A program made the translations under genes and the position numbers. Shown here piece after piece: positions 34,600-44,111 of a stretch of DNA of 64,000 bases. Origin of the DNA: Magnetococcales bacterium (GTDB taxonomy: Bacteria; Pseudomonadota; Magnetococcia; Magnetococcales; JADGCL01); contig JADGCL010000001.1 in assembly GCA_015229005.1 (NCBI GenBank), positions 50,216 through 114,215 on the forward strand. Direction: 5' to 3'. Each line of letters opens with the position of its first letter. The first letter of the stretch is position 1. The notes below the pieces were generated by a model that saw only the letters and a list, made by a program, of their open reading frames with translations, was not told the DNA's origin and made no database searches.

Positions 34600-37142
34600 A
34601 CCGGACCACTCACATCTTCGGGCGGCTGTTCCCGTCGTGGCCGGGGCGAAGCGCTCTGCCCGCGCCTTTGCGCGGATGCCGTCTTACCTCGGAATCTCCG
34701 CCCGCCACCGGTCTTGTTTTCACCGCTTCCCCATTGCCGGCGACGTCCACCCGGGGAGGCCGCCTCCCCCCCGGTTGTCTCCACCGACACGGCCTGACGC
34801 GAGGGCGGCGGAGTGGAAAAGGGAGCCTCACGGCTACTCTCTCTTCCACCACGCACCCAATGGCGCCGACCCCGCCGATTCCGTTCCCAACAGGGGTCGC
34901 AGAGGCGAAAGGCGTGTCCCTCGGTCAGGGGCTCACCGCAGGTTTCACAGCGACGGTCTCCCTGAGGTTTCTGGCGCAACTGGCGGTTGATGCGACGATT
35001 GATCTCCCGCCGGTTCGCCTCGGCGGCCTCGAGGTCGGGAAAGATGGCCGGAAAACGATAATGCAGCCAGCTGTAAAGGTTGACGATCCGCATCGCTGTT
35101 TCCAGCCACTCCAACGGCCAGTTCGCCTCTTCGGGGGGAGAGGGAAGCAGAGAGTCGAGCTTCAGCGCGGCCTCCGTTGCGACCGCCACCACCATCCGCT
35201 CGTATGCCCGGACCACCGGCAGGACCCGCAATGAAACCGGTGCTGCCGAAAGGGCGAAACGGGTGCCGAGATCCAGCTTGGGGTGGCGATCGGTGATACG
35301 GGCAAGGATCGTCTGCTCTTCGAGATCGGCGATCCGGTAGATCCGGGGATCGGGCTTGACGGTCTTGACGAAGAGATCCAACAAATGCGCAAGTGCCGGT
35401 TTCTTCCGTTCACGCAGGGCCGCGATGGCCAGCAGGTGATCCAGGTTGGGGGCCAGTGGCGCTCGTCGCACCGAGTCCGGGGTCGCCTCCAACGCCTCGC
35501 GGATACGGGTCACCGGAATCCGAAAGGTGCCGACGAACCCGATCTCGTTCTTACCGTAGCGACCCGCCCGTCCGGCGATCTGTCTCACCTCCAGAGGCGT
35601 CAGGGGGTGTTCCCGGCGGTCGATCGACTTGCTGTCCTGAGCAAAGAGGAGGGTGCGGATCGGCAGGTTGAGCCCCATGCCGATGGCATCGGTCGCGACC
35701 AGAAAGGGGGCTTCGCCGCTGGCAAAGAGATAGGCCTGATCGCGACGCACCTCCGGGGGCAAGGCGCCGTACAGCACCGCCACCCGCTGCCCGGTCTCCC
35801 GCTCCAGGCTCTCCTTGAGGGTCAGGACCCCGGAACGGGAAAAGCAGATGATGGCCGTTCCCGGTTCCAGTTGGTGAAAATGGCGCACCGACCGCTCCAG
35901 GGGTTCCAACGGCGCCAAGCGCTCCAGGGTCGTCACGGTGTAGGGATCGCCGGTCAGGGCCAGGAGCTTTTCCACCGCCGGCAAGGCCTCCGGCGCCCCG
36001 ACGACGCAAACCTCATCGGCCTGCACCCCCAGAATCGCCTGGGTCCAGGCCCACCCCCGGTCGGGATCTCCCAACATCTGCGCCTCGTCGATCACCGAGA
36101 CCTGGTGCCGATGGCCCAGGGCCAACATCTCGATGGTACTCGCCGTATGCCTCGCCCCGGGGACTTCCAGCCGTTCCTCCCCGGTCACCATGTGACAGGG
36201 GACCCCCCAACTGTTGAGGGTATCGGCCACCTCCAGGGCGAGGAGCCGGAGCGGCGCCAGATAGGTTCCCGATTCAGCCTGGGCCAGCTTCTGCAAGGCC
36301 TGGTAGGTCTTGCCCGAGTTGGTCGGGCCCAGAAACAGATGAAATTGCCGCCGCTGCTCGCGGGCACGAAACAGGGTATGAAAATGGCGGATCTGGGTGA
36401 CATCGGCCACCTCCCGCTCAAAGCGGGCGGCGTCCAGCGCCTTCATGAAGCGACCGAAATATTGCCAGTAGGTCACCAGATGGTAGGGATCGGCGCGTTC
36501 CTCCTGGCGAATCATCGCCCGGTCGACCGTCTCTGCCAGGCGCAAGACCACGGGGTCGACGGGTGCGGAAGCGAGAGTTTCGGTCGTCCCGGTGCCCTCT
36601 CCCTCTGCCCAAGACGACTCCGCAAGCCCGGCCTCCACCAGGATCAGGCCGAAGCGATGTTCCCGAAAGAGTCTTACTGCCTCTCTCCACGTCTCTTCCT
36701 CAAGGGTCGGGAACAACTCAAGCTCTGCGACGCCGCCGGCCCGACTCGCCATGTCCTGCCAGCGATCCACCAGCTCCTCTCGCTCCTCCAGGAGCTTCAT
36801 CAAAGCATTTTCCGCCTCCGGTCCGTCCAAGGCCGACAGCCGTTCGCGCCAGGAGTCGAGGGCGGCCATCAAGGTGAGCCAGCGCTCTTTCCAGGCCTGG
36901 CGGAGTTCGGCCCGCCAGCTCTCCTCGCTGATCGTCTGGCTCGCAGCAAAGAGCCGGGTCGTCGTCCCCCGTTCATCCACTTCGGTCCGAATCGGGCGAC
37001 ATCCTTGAGGGACCCGCCGCCCGACCTTGCGCCAGGCCTTGGCGCTCTTCAGAATCTCGGCATCCTTTCCGCCCCGGGCGACAAGGGGCGCACTCTCTTC
37101 GGGCGCACCTTCTTCCCGGGTAACAAGGGGGGGGGGGCGCAC
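34575..37142 (-). CDS. SUV3-like superfamily-2 RNA helicase with an N-terminal extension and a C-terminal Cys4 plus Arg/Gly-rich tail
   Basis: GPTNSGKTYQAL, VIDEAQML, ATDAIGMGLNLP and QIAGRAGR are helicase motifs. CETCGEPL...CDPCW is a Cys4 motif. The start is uncertain: the track uses GTG 37142, followed immediately by a C11 run. Confidence 0.7.
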   Translation of the reverse strand: MRPPPLVTREEGAPEESAPLVARGGKDAEILKSAKAWRKVGRRVPQGCRPIRTEVDERGTTTRLFAASQTISEESWRAELRQAWKERWLTLMAALDSWRERLSALDGPEAENALMKLLEEREELVDRWQDMASRAGGVAELELFPTLEEETWREAVRLFREHRFGLILVEAGLAESSWAEGEGTGTTETLASAPVDPVVLRLAETVDRAMIRQEERADPYHLVTYWQYFGRFMKALDAARFEREVADVTQIRHFHTLFRAREQRRQFHLFLGPTNSGKTYQALQKLAQAESGTYLAPLRLLALEVADTLNSWGVPCHMVTGEERLEVPGARHTASTIEMLALGHRHQVSVIDEAQMLGDPDRGWAWTQAILGVQADEVCVVGAPEALPAVEKLLALTGDPYTVTTLERLAPLEPLERSVRHFHQLEPGTAIICFSRSGVLTLKESLERETGQRVAVLYGALPPEVRRDQAYLFASGEAPFLVATDAIGMGLNLPIRTLLFAQDSKSIDRREHPLTPLEVRQIAGRAGRYGKNEIGFVGTFRIPVTRIREALEATPDSVRRAPLAPNLDHLLAIAALRERKKPALAHLLDLFVKTVKPDPRIYRIADLEEQTILARITDRHPKLDLGTRFALSAAPVSLRVLPVVRAYERMVVAVATEAALKLDSLLPSPPEEANWPLEWLETAMRIVNLYSWLHYRFPAIFPDLEAAEANRREINRRINRQLRQKPQGDRRCETCGEPLTEGHAFRLCDPCWERNRRGRRHWVRGGRESSREAPFSTPPPSRQAVSVETTGGEAASPGGRRRQWGSGENKTGGGRRFRGKTASAQRRGQSASPRPRREQPPEDVSGPVWPPPRTK

Positions 37143-37447
37143 ACTCCGGAGGTCGGCTCCGTTTGGTCGTCGTTGGTCATCAGGTCAGGAAATCCCATCC
37201 GGGCTGTCTTGAAGCCGACTTGAGCGATCCCGACGGGGGATCGGCAACAACCGTCGGGGTGGAAATCGATCCGGTCCCAGCATACCATCGTTTCGCCCCG
37301 GGAGGGAGTCGGGAATCACCCCGGTGGGGCCGGATCGGTCGCAGAGATCCCTTCCCGAAGCGGGGGGAGGGGGCTGCGTCTGTTGTCGTTAAACGGGAGG
37401 CAACCATCGAGGGGCCGGCTTCGTCCGTACCGGTCGGGAGGTTGTGC

Positions 37448-38443
37448 ATGATGCGTCCATGGCGTCTTGGCATCGATCTCGGTGGAACGAAGATCGAGGC
37501 GGCCATCCTCGACGGCAATGGCCGGATACGGGTACGCCGGCGGGTGCCGACGCCCCAGGGGGATTATGGCGCCACCGTCCGGGCCGTGGCTGACCTCGTC
37601 CGCACGGTCGAATCGGAGTTGACCGGAAGGGAAGGGGAAACAGGAGCGGAAAGGGGGGCGCTCCCCGTGGGCGTCGGCATCCCCGGGACGATTTCCCCGG
37701 CAACGGGGTTGGTTAAAAACGCCAACTCCGTCTGCATGATCGGGCACCCCCTCGACCGGGATCTTGCCGAGGCCCTCGGACGACCGGTGCGGTTGGCCAA
37801 TGATGCCGATTGTTTCACCCTGTCCGAAGCGACCGACGGCGCTGCCCAGGGGGGACGGGTCGTCTTTGGGGTGATCCTCGGGACAGGGGTCGGCGGCGGG
37901 ATCGTCATCGACGGGCACCTGGTCAACGGTCCCAACGCCATCACCGGGGAGTGGGGGCACAACCCCCTGCCATCGCCATGGGGGGAGGAGGTCCCCGGTC
38001 CGAACTGCTATTGCGGGCGGTCGGGCTGTATCGAGACCTTCTGCTCCGGCCCGGGGATCACGCGGAGCTACGGGGAGAGGACAGGGCTGACCCTCTCCGT
38101 CGAGGAGATCGTCCGTCGGGCCGAGACCGGGGAGGAAACGGCGCAGGAGACGCTCCGTCGGCACACCGACCGCCTGGCCCGCTCCCTCGCGACGGTGATC
38201 AACATCCTCGACCCTCATGTGGTGGTCCTGGGTGGAGGCGTTTCGCACCTGCCGGGACTGGTCGCGGGGATCCGCGCCTGTTGGCGCCGGTACATCTTTT
38301 CGGATCGGGTGGCGACCGAGCTGGTCCTGGCGCAATATGGTGATTCCAGCGGCGTTCGTGGCGCCGCATGGCTCTGGCCGGCAAACGAACTCGGGAGGAT
38401 CCGGGACGAAGGGATGCGGGACGAAGGGGGAACGACGGCATGA
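37448..38443 (+). CDS. ROK-family sugar kinase (fructokinase/NagK-like)
   Basis: LGIDLGGTKIEAA, NDADCFTLSE and the zinc motif CYCGRSGCIETFCSG are present. Start at MMRPW; the track ORF begins at 37163. Confidence 0.8.
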   Translation: MMRPWRLGIDLGGTKIEAAILDGNGRIRVRRRVPTPQGDYGATVRAVADLVRTVESELTGREGETGAERGALPVGVGIPGTISPATGLVKNANSVCMIGHPLDRDLAEALGRPVRLANDADCFTLSEATDGAAQGGRVVFGVILGTGVGGGIVIDGHLVNGPNAITGEWGHNPLPSPWGEEVPGPNCYCGRSGCIETFCSGPGITRSYGERTGLTLSVEEIVRRAETGEETAQETLRRHTDRLARSLATVINILDPHVVVLGGGVSHLPGLVAGIRACWRRYIFSDRVATELVLAQYGDSSGVRGAAWLWPANELGRIRDEGMRDEGGTTA

Positions 38444-39195
38444 AACTGACGGTTCTCGGCAGCGGCACGGGGATCCCCTCGGCGGCACGGAACGCCCCGG
38501 GATATCTCCTGGAGGTTTCGGGGCACTCCTTCCTGATCGATTGCGGCAGCGGTATCCTGCGCCAACTCGAACGGGCGGGGCGTCATTTCGAGGAATTGAC
38601 GGGGATCTTTCTCACCCACACCCATCCCGACCACATCGGCGATGTCGTCCCCCTGGTCCATGCCTGTCGTCTGCCGGGGGTGACCCGGAGCCGACCGCTG
38701 CCGATCTTTGGTCCGACCGGGATCGACCATTTCTTTGCCACCTTCGTGACCCCGCTGACGGGGCTTCCGAGCGCTTTCCCCCTGGAGATCGCCGCGGCTG
38801 CCGCGGAAGAGTGCCTCGGTCCCGTCCGCGTCGTCTCCGCGCCGACGGTGCATTCCGACGCCATGGCGAGCCTCGCCTACCGCTTCGAGGCGGGGGGCCG
38901 CGCCGTTGTTCTCTCAGGGGATTGCGACTGGGATCCGGGGATCGTCAACCTGGCCGAAGGGGCCGACCTTGTCGTCCTCGACTGCTCGACCCTGGCCGCA
39001 GGCAAGGTCCGGGGACACCTCTCCGCCGAGGAGTGTGGCCGGGTTGGCGCCGCAGCCGGGGCGAAGAGACTTCTCCTATCGCATCTCTACCCGGTGGCTG
39101 CGGACGACGCGGATGAGGCCAGACTCCAGGAGTGTCGAACCCTATTCGCAGGCGACATCGCCATCGCCCGGGATTTTCAGGAAATCGAGATTTAG
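38440..39195 (+). CDS. MBL-fold metallo-hydrolase (RNase Z/ElaC-like)
   Basis: MKLTVLGSGTGIP..., THTHPDHIGD (HxHxDH) and LLSHLY are present. ATGA overlap with the ROK kinase stop. Confidence 0.8.
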   Translation: MKLTVLGSGTGIPSAARNAPGYLLEVSGHSFLIDCGSGILRQLERAGRHFEELTGIFLTHTHPDHIGDVVPLVHACRLPGVTRSRPLPIFGPTGIDHFFATFVTPLTGLPSAFPLEIAAAAAEECLGPVRVVSAPTVHSDAMASLAYRFEAGGRAVVLSGDCDWDPGIVNLAEGADLVVLDCSTLAAGKVRGHLSAEECGRVGAAAGAKRLLLSHLYPVAADDADEARLQECRTLFAGDIAIARDFQEIEI

Positions 39196-39348
39196 CCGCA
39201 TTGCCCCGATCGGCAAAGGGACCGACAGGCAGTGATGGCATCGGAAGCGGTTTGGGTGAGCCTAAAGGGGAAGGCTCTCGCCTGCCCCCTTGGTCGTGAA
39301 GAAACTTCAGGGCGAAGACCCTGAAAAATAAGCGAAAGATGTCCCTTT

Positions 39349-39380
39349 CCAGCCCCCCGGGCGGGTTGCCGGGGGGCTGG
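39349..39380 (-). terminator. glnA terminator hairpin
   Basis: CCAGCCCCCCGG-gcgggttg-CCGGGGGGCTGG is a perfect 12-bp stem lying 12 nt after the glnA stop. A second small hairpin and a TTATTTTT tract follow on the minus strand. Confidence 0.6.
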
Positions 39381-39391
39381 CAGTGGAGTCG

Positions 39392-40813
39392 TCAGCAGCT
39401 GTAGTACATGGCCATTTCGACCGGGTGGGGCGAATGCTCCCAGCGATAGACCTCTTCCATCTTGAGGTTGATCCAGGCATCGATCAGGTCATCGCTGAAG
39501 ACATCACCCTTCTTCAGGAACTCCCGATTGGCCGACATCGTCGCCAACGCCTCGCGCAGCGAGCCGCAGACCGTGGGAATCTGCTTCAACTCCTCTGGAG
39601 GCAGATCATAGAGGTTCTTGTCGATGGGGGCGCCCGGATCGATCTTGTTCTCGATGCCGTCGAGTCCTGCCATCAGAAGGGCCGAAAAGGCCAGGTAGGG
39701 ATTGGCGGAAGGATCGGGGAAGCGAATCTCGCAACGCTTGCCCTTGGGCGTGGTCGTCGCCGGGATGCGAATGGAGGCGGAACGGTTGCGGGCCGAATGG
39801 GCCAACAGCACTGGCGCCTCGAACCCCGGGATCAACCGCTTGTAGGAGTTGGTCGAGGGATTGGTGAAGGCATTCAGCGCCCGCGCATGCTTCTTGATCC
39901 CGCCGATGAAGTACAGAGCTGACTCGGAAAGATCGGCGTACTTGTTGCCGAAGAAGGTCGGCTTGCCATCCTTCCAGATCGACATGTGGACGTGCATGCC
40001 GGAGCCGTTATCACCCGACATCGGCTTGGGCATGAAGGTCGCGGTCTTGCCGTTCTGGTGGCAGACGTTGTGAACGACGTATTTGTACTTCTGGATGTTG
40101 TCGGCCATCGTCAGGAGATCGTTGAATCGCATGTCGATCTCGCATTGGCCGGCGGTCGCCACCTCGTGATGGTGGAACTCGATGATGATCCCCATCTCAT
40201 CCATGACCAGCGCCATCTCCGAGCGCAGATCCTGGAGGGAATCGATCGGCGGTACCGGGAAATAGCCCCCCTTGACGCCGGGACGGTGGCCCAGATTGTT
40301 ACCATCCTGGTGGGCCATGGAGTTCCAGATGCCCTCGTTGGAGTCCAGGTGGTAGGCGACGTGGTTCATGTCCGTGGCGAAGCGCACGGAGTCGAAAACG
40401 AAGAATTCCGCCTCGGGTCCGAGGTAGATCGTGTCGCCGATACCGGTGTACTTGAGGTAGTTCATCGCCCGTTTGGCCACCGCACGGGGATCGCGGCTGT
40501 AGGGCTCACCGGTGAAGGGATCCACCACGTCGCAGATGAAGATCAGGGTGGCCGCCTCGGCGAAGGGATCCATGACCGCCGAAGCCGGATCCGGGAGGAA
40601 GACCATGTCGGATTGATTGATCTCGCACCAGCCGGCGATGGAGGAGCCGTCGAAACCGAAGCCGGATTCGAAAACCTCCGCGCTGATCATCCGGGCCGGA
40701 GCCGAGAGATGTTGCCACTTGCCGCGAAAATCGGTGAAGCGAAAATCGACGAACTTGACGTTATGGGTCTCGATCATCGACAAGGCCCTGTTCACAGCCT
40801 CTTGGTCAGCCAT
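39392..40813 (-). CDS. glnA: glutamine synthetase type I
   Basis: [30 protein letters not shown] and [17 protein letters not shown] are present, including the adenylylation-loop region. GAGGAG lies 4 nt upstream of ATG 40813. Confidence 0.95.
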   Translation of the reverse strand: MADQEAVNRALSMIETHNVKFVDFRFTDFRGKWQHLSAPARMISAEVFESGFGFDGSSIAGWCEINQSDMVFLPDPASAVMDPFAEAATLIFICDVVDPFTGEPYSRDPRAVAKRAMNYLKYTGIGDTIYLGPEAEFFVFDSVRFATDMNHVAYHLDSNEGIWNSMAHQDGNNLGHRPGVKGGYFPVPPIDSLQDLRSEMALVMDEMGIIIEFHHHEVATAGQCEIDMRFNDLLTMADNIQKYKYVVHNVCHQNGKTATFMPKPMSGDNGSGMHVHMSIWKDGKPTFFGNKYADLSESALYFIGGIKKHARALNAFTNPSTNSYKRLIPGFEAPVLLAHSARNRSASIRIPATTTPKGKRCEIRFPDPSANPYLAFSALLMAGLDGIENKIDPGAPIDKNLYDLPPEELKQIPTVCGSLREALATMSANREFLKKGDVFSDDLIDAWINLKMEEVYRWEHSPHPVEMAMYYSC

Positions 40814-40849
40814 GTGTCTCCTCACTTGTTCCAGGTATCTGGTGGTCTA

Positions 40850-40891
40850 AAAATCCGTATCCGTGTGGTCAGAAAATCCGTATCTCCGTGT
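40850..40891. repeat. tandem imperfect repeat AAAATCCGTATC(TC)CCGTGT x2 in the glnA leader
   Basis: Copies at 40850-40866 and 40873-40891 were read directly. They lie 37-78 nt upstream of the glnA ATG. Confidence 0.5.
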
Positions 40892-40978
40892 CGGCGATCC
40901 GGCGGGCGGAGCTCCGAAAACCGCCCCCCCACGCCATTCCGCCCTTGCAACAAACGCCGCTCCGAGCCTTTCTGCGGG

Positions 40979-41005
40979 CCGATTCAACCGGACCGATTCA
41001 ACCGG
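40979..41005. repeat. tandem exact repeat CCGATTCAACCGG x2
   Basis: Copies at 40979-40991 and 40993-41005 were read directly, in the amt-glnA spacer. Confidence 0.5.
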
Positions 41006-41245
41006 TGAAAAGCCAAGCCGGACGCTGCGTCCCCGACCGGAGCCAACAGGCTGCGCCCGCCCCGTCGACCGCGCCCGGCCTACCCGACCGACAGCCCTTG
41101 CCGGGGCTACAGGACGAGGCCGGCGCCCCATCTCCCCGATGATCACCCATAACCCGTTGAAAATGCAAGGATTGGGAAACACACCTCCGCTGCAGCGGTC
41201 GGGGAGGGGATGGGCACGACCCTCCCCGACCGCTGCCAGTATGAA

Positions 41246-42604
41246 TCAGGATCGACCGAAATCAAGGTTGTATCCCCGTTCGTCATAGCCGGCCAGGTCG
41301 AGACCCTCCGATTCGTGATCGACCGGGACGCGCAGTCCGACCAGGATATCCAGCCCTTTGAAGATGAGGTAGCTCCAACCGCCGCACCAGAGCATGGTGG
41401 CCACCACCCCGATGAGTTGGACCCAGAGCTGGTGGAGGAGGGAATAGCTGCTTGGATCGGAAAATCCTCCGAAGGCGGGGGCGGCGAAGATTGCGGTCAG
41501 GAGCGTGCCGATGATTCCCCCCACGCCGTGAACCGGGAAGACATCCAGGGAGTCATCGATGTGCCACTTCTGTTTGACGATCTGGGTGGCCCGGTAACAG
41601 ACGACCCCGGCGATCAGGCCGATTGCCACTCCCCCCAGCGGGCCGATGAAGCCCGAGGCGGGGGTTACCGTTCCCAACCCGGCCACCATCCCGGTGATGA
41701 TTCCGAGGATGCTCGGCTTGCCGTGGCGAATCCACTCCATTCCCATCCAGGCCAGCGAGCCGGCGGCGGCCCCCATGTGGGTGACCAGGATCGCCATGCC
41801 CGCCGAGCCGTTCGCCGCCAGGGCGCTGCCGCCGTTGAAGCCGAACCATCCCACCCAGAGCATGGCCGCGCCGCTGAAGGCCATCGTCATGTTGTGGGGC
41901 AGCATCAGGGTCGTTGGGAATCCCTTGCGCTTGCCGATGACCAGCGCCGCCACGAGGGAGGCGATGCCGGCGTTGATGTGAACGACACTGCCTCCGGCAA
42001 AATCCATGAACCCGAGGGAGGCGAGCCAGCCGCCTCCCCAGACCCAGTGACAGACCGGGGCATAGACCAGAAACGACCACAGCAGAGTGAAAAGCAGCAC
42101 TGCCGAAAAACGGGTCCGCTCGGCGAACCCGCCGATCACCAGGGCCGGGGTGATGATGGCAAAGGTGAGCTGGAACATGGAAAAGACGCTCTCGGGGATG
42201 CTCCCCTTGAGGGTATCGACGCCCACGGCGGTGTGGAAGAGGCGGTCGAGCCCGCCGATGCCAGCCTGCCAGTTCCCGCCGTCACCGAAGGCAAGGCTGT
42301 AGAGGAGCGCCACCCAAAGGATCGATACCAGACAAGCGATGGCAAAACACTGCATCAGCAACGACAGAACGTTCTTGGTGCGGACCAAACCCCCGTAGAA
42401 CAGGGCCAGCCCCGGCATTGTCATGAAGAGGACAAGGGCCGTCGCCGTCAGGAGCCAGGCCGTATCGGCGGCCGAAAAGTGCGGGTCGACGGTCGCCGCT
42501 CCTGCTGCCGACGCCCCGAAAAGGATCAAGATCCCTCCCAGACCAGCGACCAAACCCCTGCCGATTGCCATCACCACGAGTCTTTTCTCCCTGTTCAGGA
42601 CCAC
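41246..42604 (-). CDS. amt: ammonium transporter (Amt family), copy 1
   Basis: DTAWLLTATALVLFMTMPGLALFYGG, VDFAGGSVVHINAG and FPVHGVGGIIGTLLT are Amt signatures. Confidence 0.9.
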   Translation of the reverse strand: MVLNREKRLVVMAIGRGLVAGLGGILILFGASAAGAATVDPHFSAADTAWLLTATALVLFMTMPGLALFYGGLVRTKNVLSLLMQCFAIACLVSILWVALLYSLAFGDGGNWQAGIGGLDRLFHTAVGVDTLKGSIPESVFSMFQLTFAIITPALVIGGFAERTRFSAVLLFTLLWSFLVYAPVCHWVWGGGWLASLGFMDFAGGSVVHINAGIASLVAALVIGKRKGFPTTLMLPHNMTMAFSGAAMLWVGWFGFNGGSALAANGSAGMAILVTHMGAAAGSLAWMGMEWIRHGKPSILGIITGMVAGLGTVTPASGFIGPLGGVAIGLIAGVVCYRATQIVKQKWHIDDSLDVFPVHGVGGIIGTLLTAIFAAPAFGGFSDPSSYSLLHQLWVQLIGVVATMLWCGGWSYLIFKGLDILVGLRVPVDHESEGLDLAGYDERGYNLDFGRS

Positions 42605-43154
42605 TCCGGGACCGCCGCAGTTGAGAGATCACCACCGGGTCGTCGTCCCCATCCCAATCCACACCCGAATCCGTCCGGGTACTCCGTGCCACACACATGG
42701 TGCCAGGCGCTGTCAGCAATTCCCGGGCCGTGCGATTATTTCGATCATTATCAAGGAAATCAATCCGGTATCCCGGACCGGGCAACGAATGAGAAGCTGC
42801 CATGGTGAACAATAATTGGTCAGCATGCCCGCTCATTGGGCAATGCTGGCATGGAATGCCCAATAAATCGCCACCCACCGAAGCGGTGGTACCGGTGTCG
42901 TAGCCGTGGAAGCCATTGCACCGGAGTTGTTCTCCGTTTATAGTGCCGGGTCCCGAGGGGAGGGTCATCAGCGGCGCATCTTCTCCGGTCGGGTCGTCGT
43001 GGTCCGGTTCGCCGGTTTTCGTCGGATCTGGCCTCGATCACCGCTGTTTACTCCCCTTCCCCTCCACTATGTCGGGATACCCTGGGCCTTTCCCGTCCGA
43101 GGCCGGACGGGCTTGTCGTCGGCCCTTGTCAGCCCTCAGGTTTCAGGAGTCGCC

Positions 43155-44111
43155 ATGTCGGACGTAATGATCGAGATGACGGAGATCAGCCGCTTCTTCG
43201 GTCCCACCCGGGCCCTGGCGGGGGTCAACCTCCAGGTTAAACGCGGCGAGGTGGTCGGCTTTCTCGGCCCCAACGGCGCCGGCAAGACCACCGCCATGCG
43301 CATCCTGGCCGGGATCCTCGCCCCCACCTCCGGCGGCGCCCGGGTCGCCGGGATCGACCTTCTCTCTGATCCGGTCGAGGCGAAGGCCAAGGTCGGCTAT
43401 CTCCCGGAGAGTCCTCCGATCTATGCCGACATGTCCGTCCGCGAATATCTTGCCTATCTGGCCTCTCTGCGCCGCGTCCCGCGCAAGCGCCGGCGGGATG
43501 CCGTCGACCGGGCCATGACCCGGTGCGGCCTGGATCACGTCGCCGATCGTCTCCTGGGCAATCTCTCCAAGGGTTACCGGCAACGGGCCGGGATCGCCCA
43601 GGCCATTGTCCACGACCCGCAGGTGGTGATCCTCGATGAACCTACTGTCGGCCTCGATCCCATCCAGATTCGGGAAATCCGTGAGCTGATTCGCAATCTC
43701 GGGGGGGAGCACTCGGTCCTCCTCTCCACCCATATTCTCCCCGAGGTGCAGATGACCTGCCATCGGGCCGTCCTGATCCACAACGGCACCATCGTCTCCG
43801 ACGACACCCTGGAGGGGCTGGAAAACCGTGCCAAGAGCGGTCATGAGCTCTTCGTCCGGCTGGCTCGCCCGCCCGAGGTCTCGGTTCTCAAGTCCCTTCC
43901 GGGCATCCGCCAGGTGGAGGCCCTCCGGGGGGGGTGGCGGATCCTCGTCGAGGCCGGCGCCAATCCGGCCGAGGCGCTGGTCAAGCGATCGGTCGAGGAG
44001 AACTGGGGGTTGAGCGAGTTGACCCCGGCCTCCCACTCCCTCGAAGAAGTCTTCGTCAATCTCACGACCCGCGAGCCGCAGGCGGTCGCTGTCCAGGAGA
44101 GTGCCCAATGA
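43155..44111 (+). CDS. ABC transporter ATP-binding protein (GldA-like)
   Basis: GPNGAGKTT, LSKGYRQR, LDEPTVGLD and STH are present. AGGAG RBS. The track ORF start at 42906 is an upstream extension. Confidence 0.85.
   Translation: MSDVMIEMTEISRFFGPTRALAGVNLQVKRGEVVGFLGPNGAGKTTAMRILAGILAPTSGGARVAGIDLLSDPVEAKAKVGYLPESPPIYADMSVREYLAYLASLRRVPRKRRRDAVDRAMTRCGLDHVADRLLGNLSKGYRQRAGIAQAIVHDPQVVILDEPTVGLDPIQIREIRELIRNLGGEHSVLLSTHILPEVQMTCHRAVLIHNGTIVSDDTLEGLENRAKSGHELFVRLARPPEVSVLKSLPGIRQVEALRGGWRILVEAGANPAEALVKRSVEENWGLSELTPASHSLEEVFVNLTTREPQAVAVQESAQ

Noticed and set aside
39305-39330. Hairpin TTCAGGG-cgaaga-CCCTGAA followed by A-run, as a plus-strand terminator for the MBL hydrolase gene
   Set aside because: On the plus strand the stem is followed by A residues, not T. 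It fits better as a second hairpin of the minus-strand glnA terminator region, so it is not called separately.
42680-42710. Two TGGCAC strings (minus strand) upstream of amt copy 1, as possible sigma54 promoters
   Set aside because: Neither is followed at N5 by a TTGC/-12 element. Another candidate near 42843-42859 (TTGGGCATTCCATGCCA on the minus strand) has the GG-GC spacing off by one.
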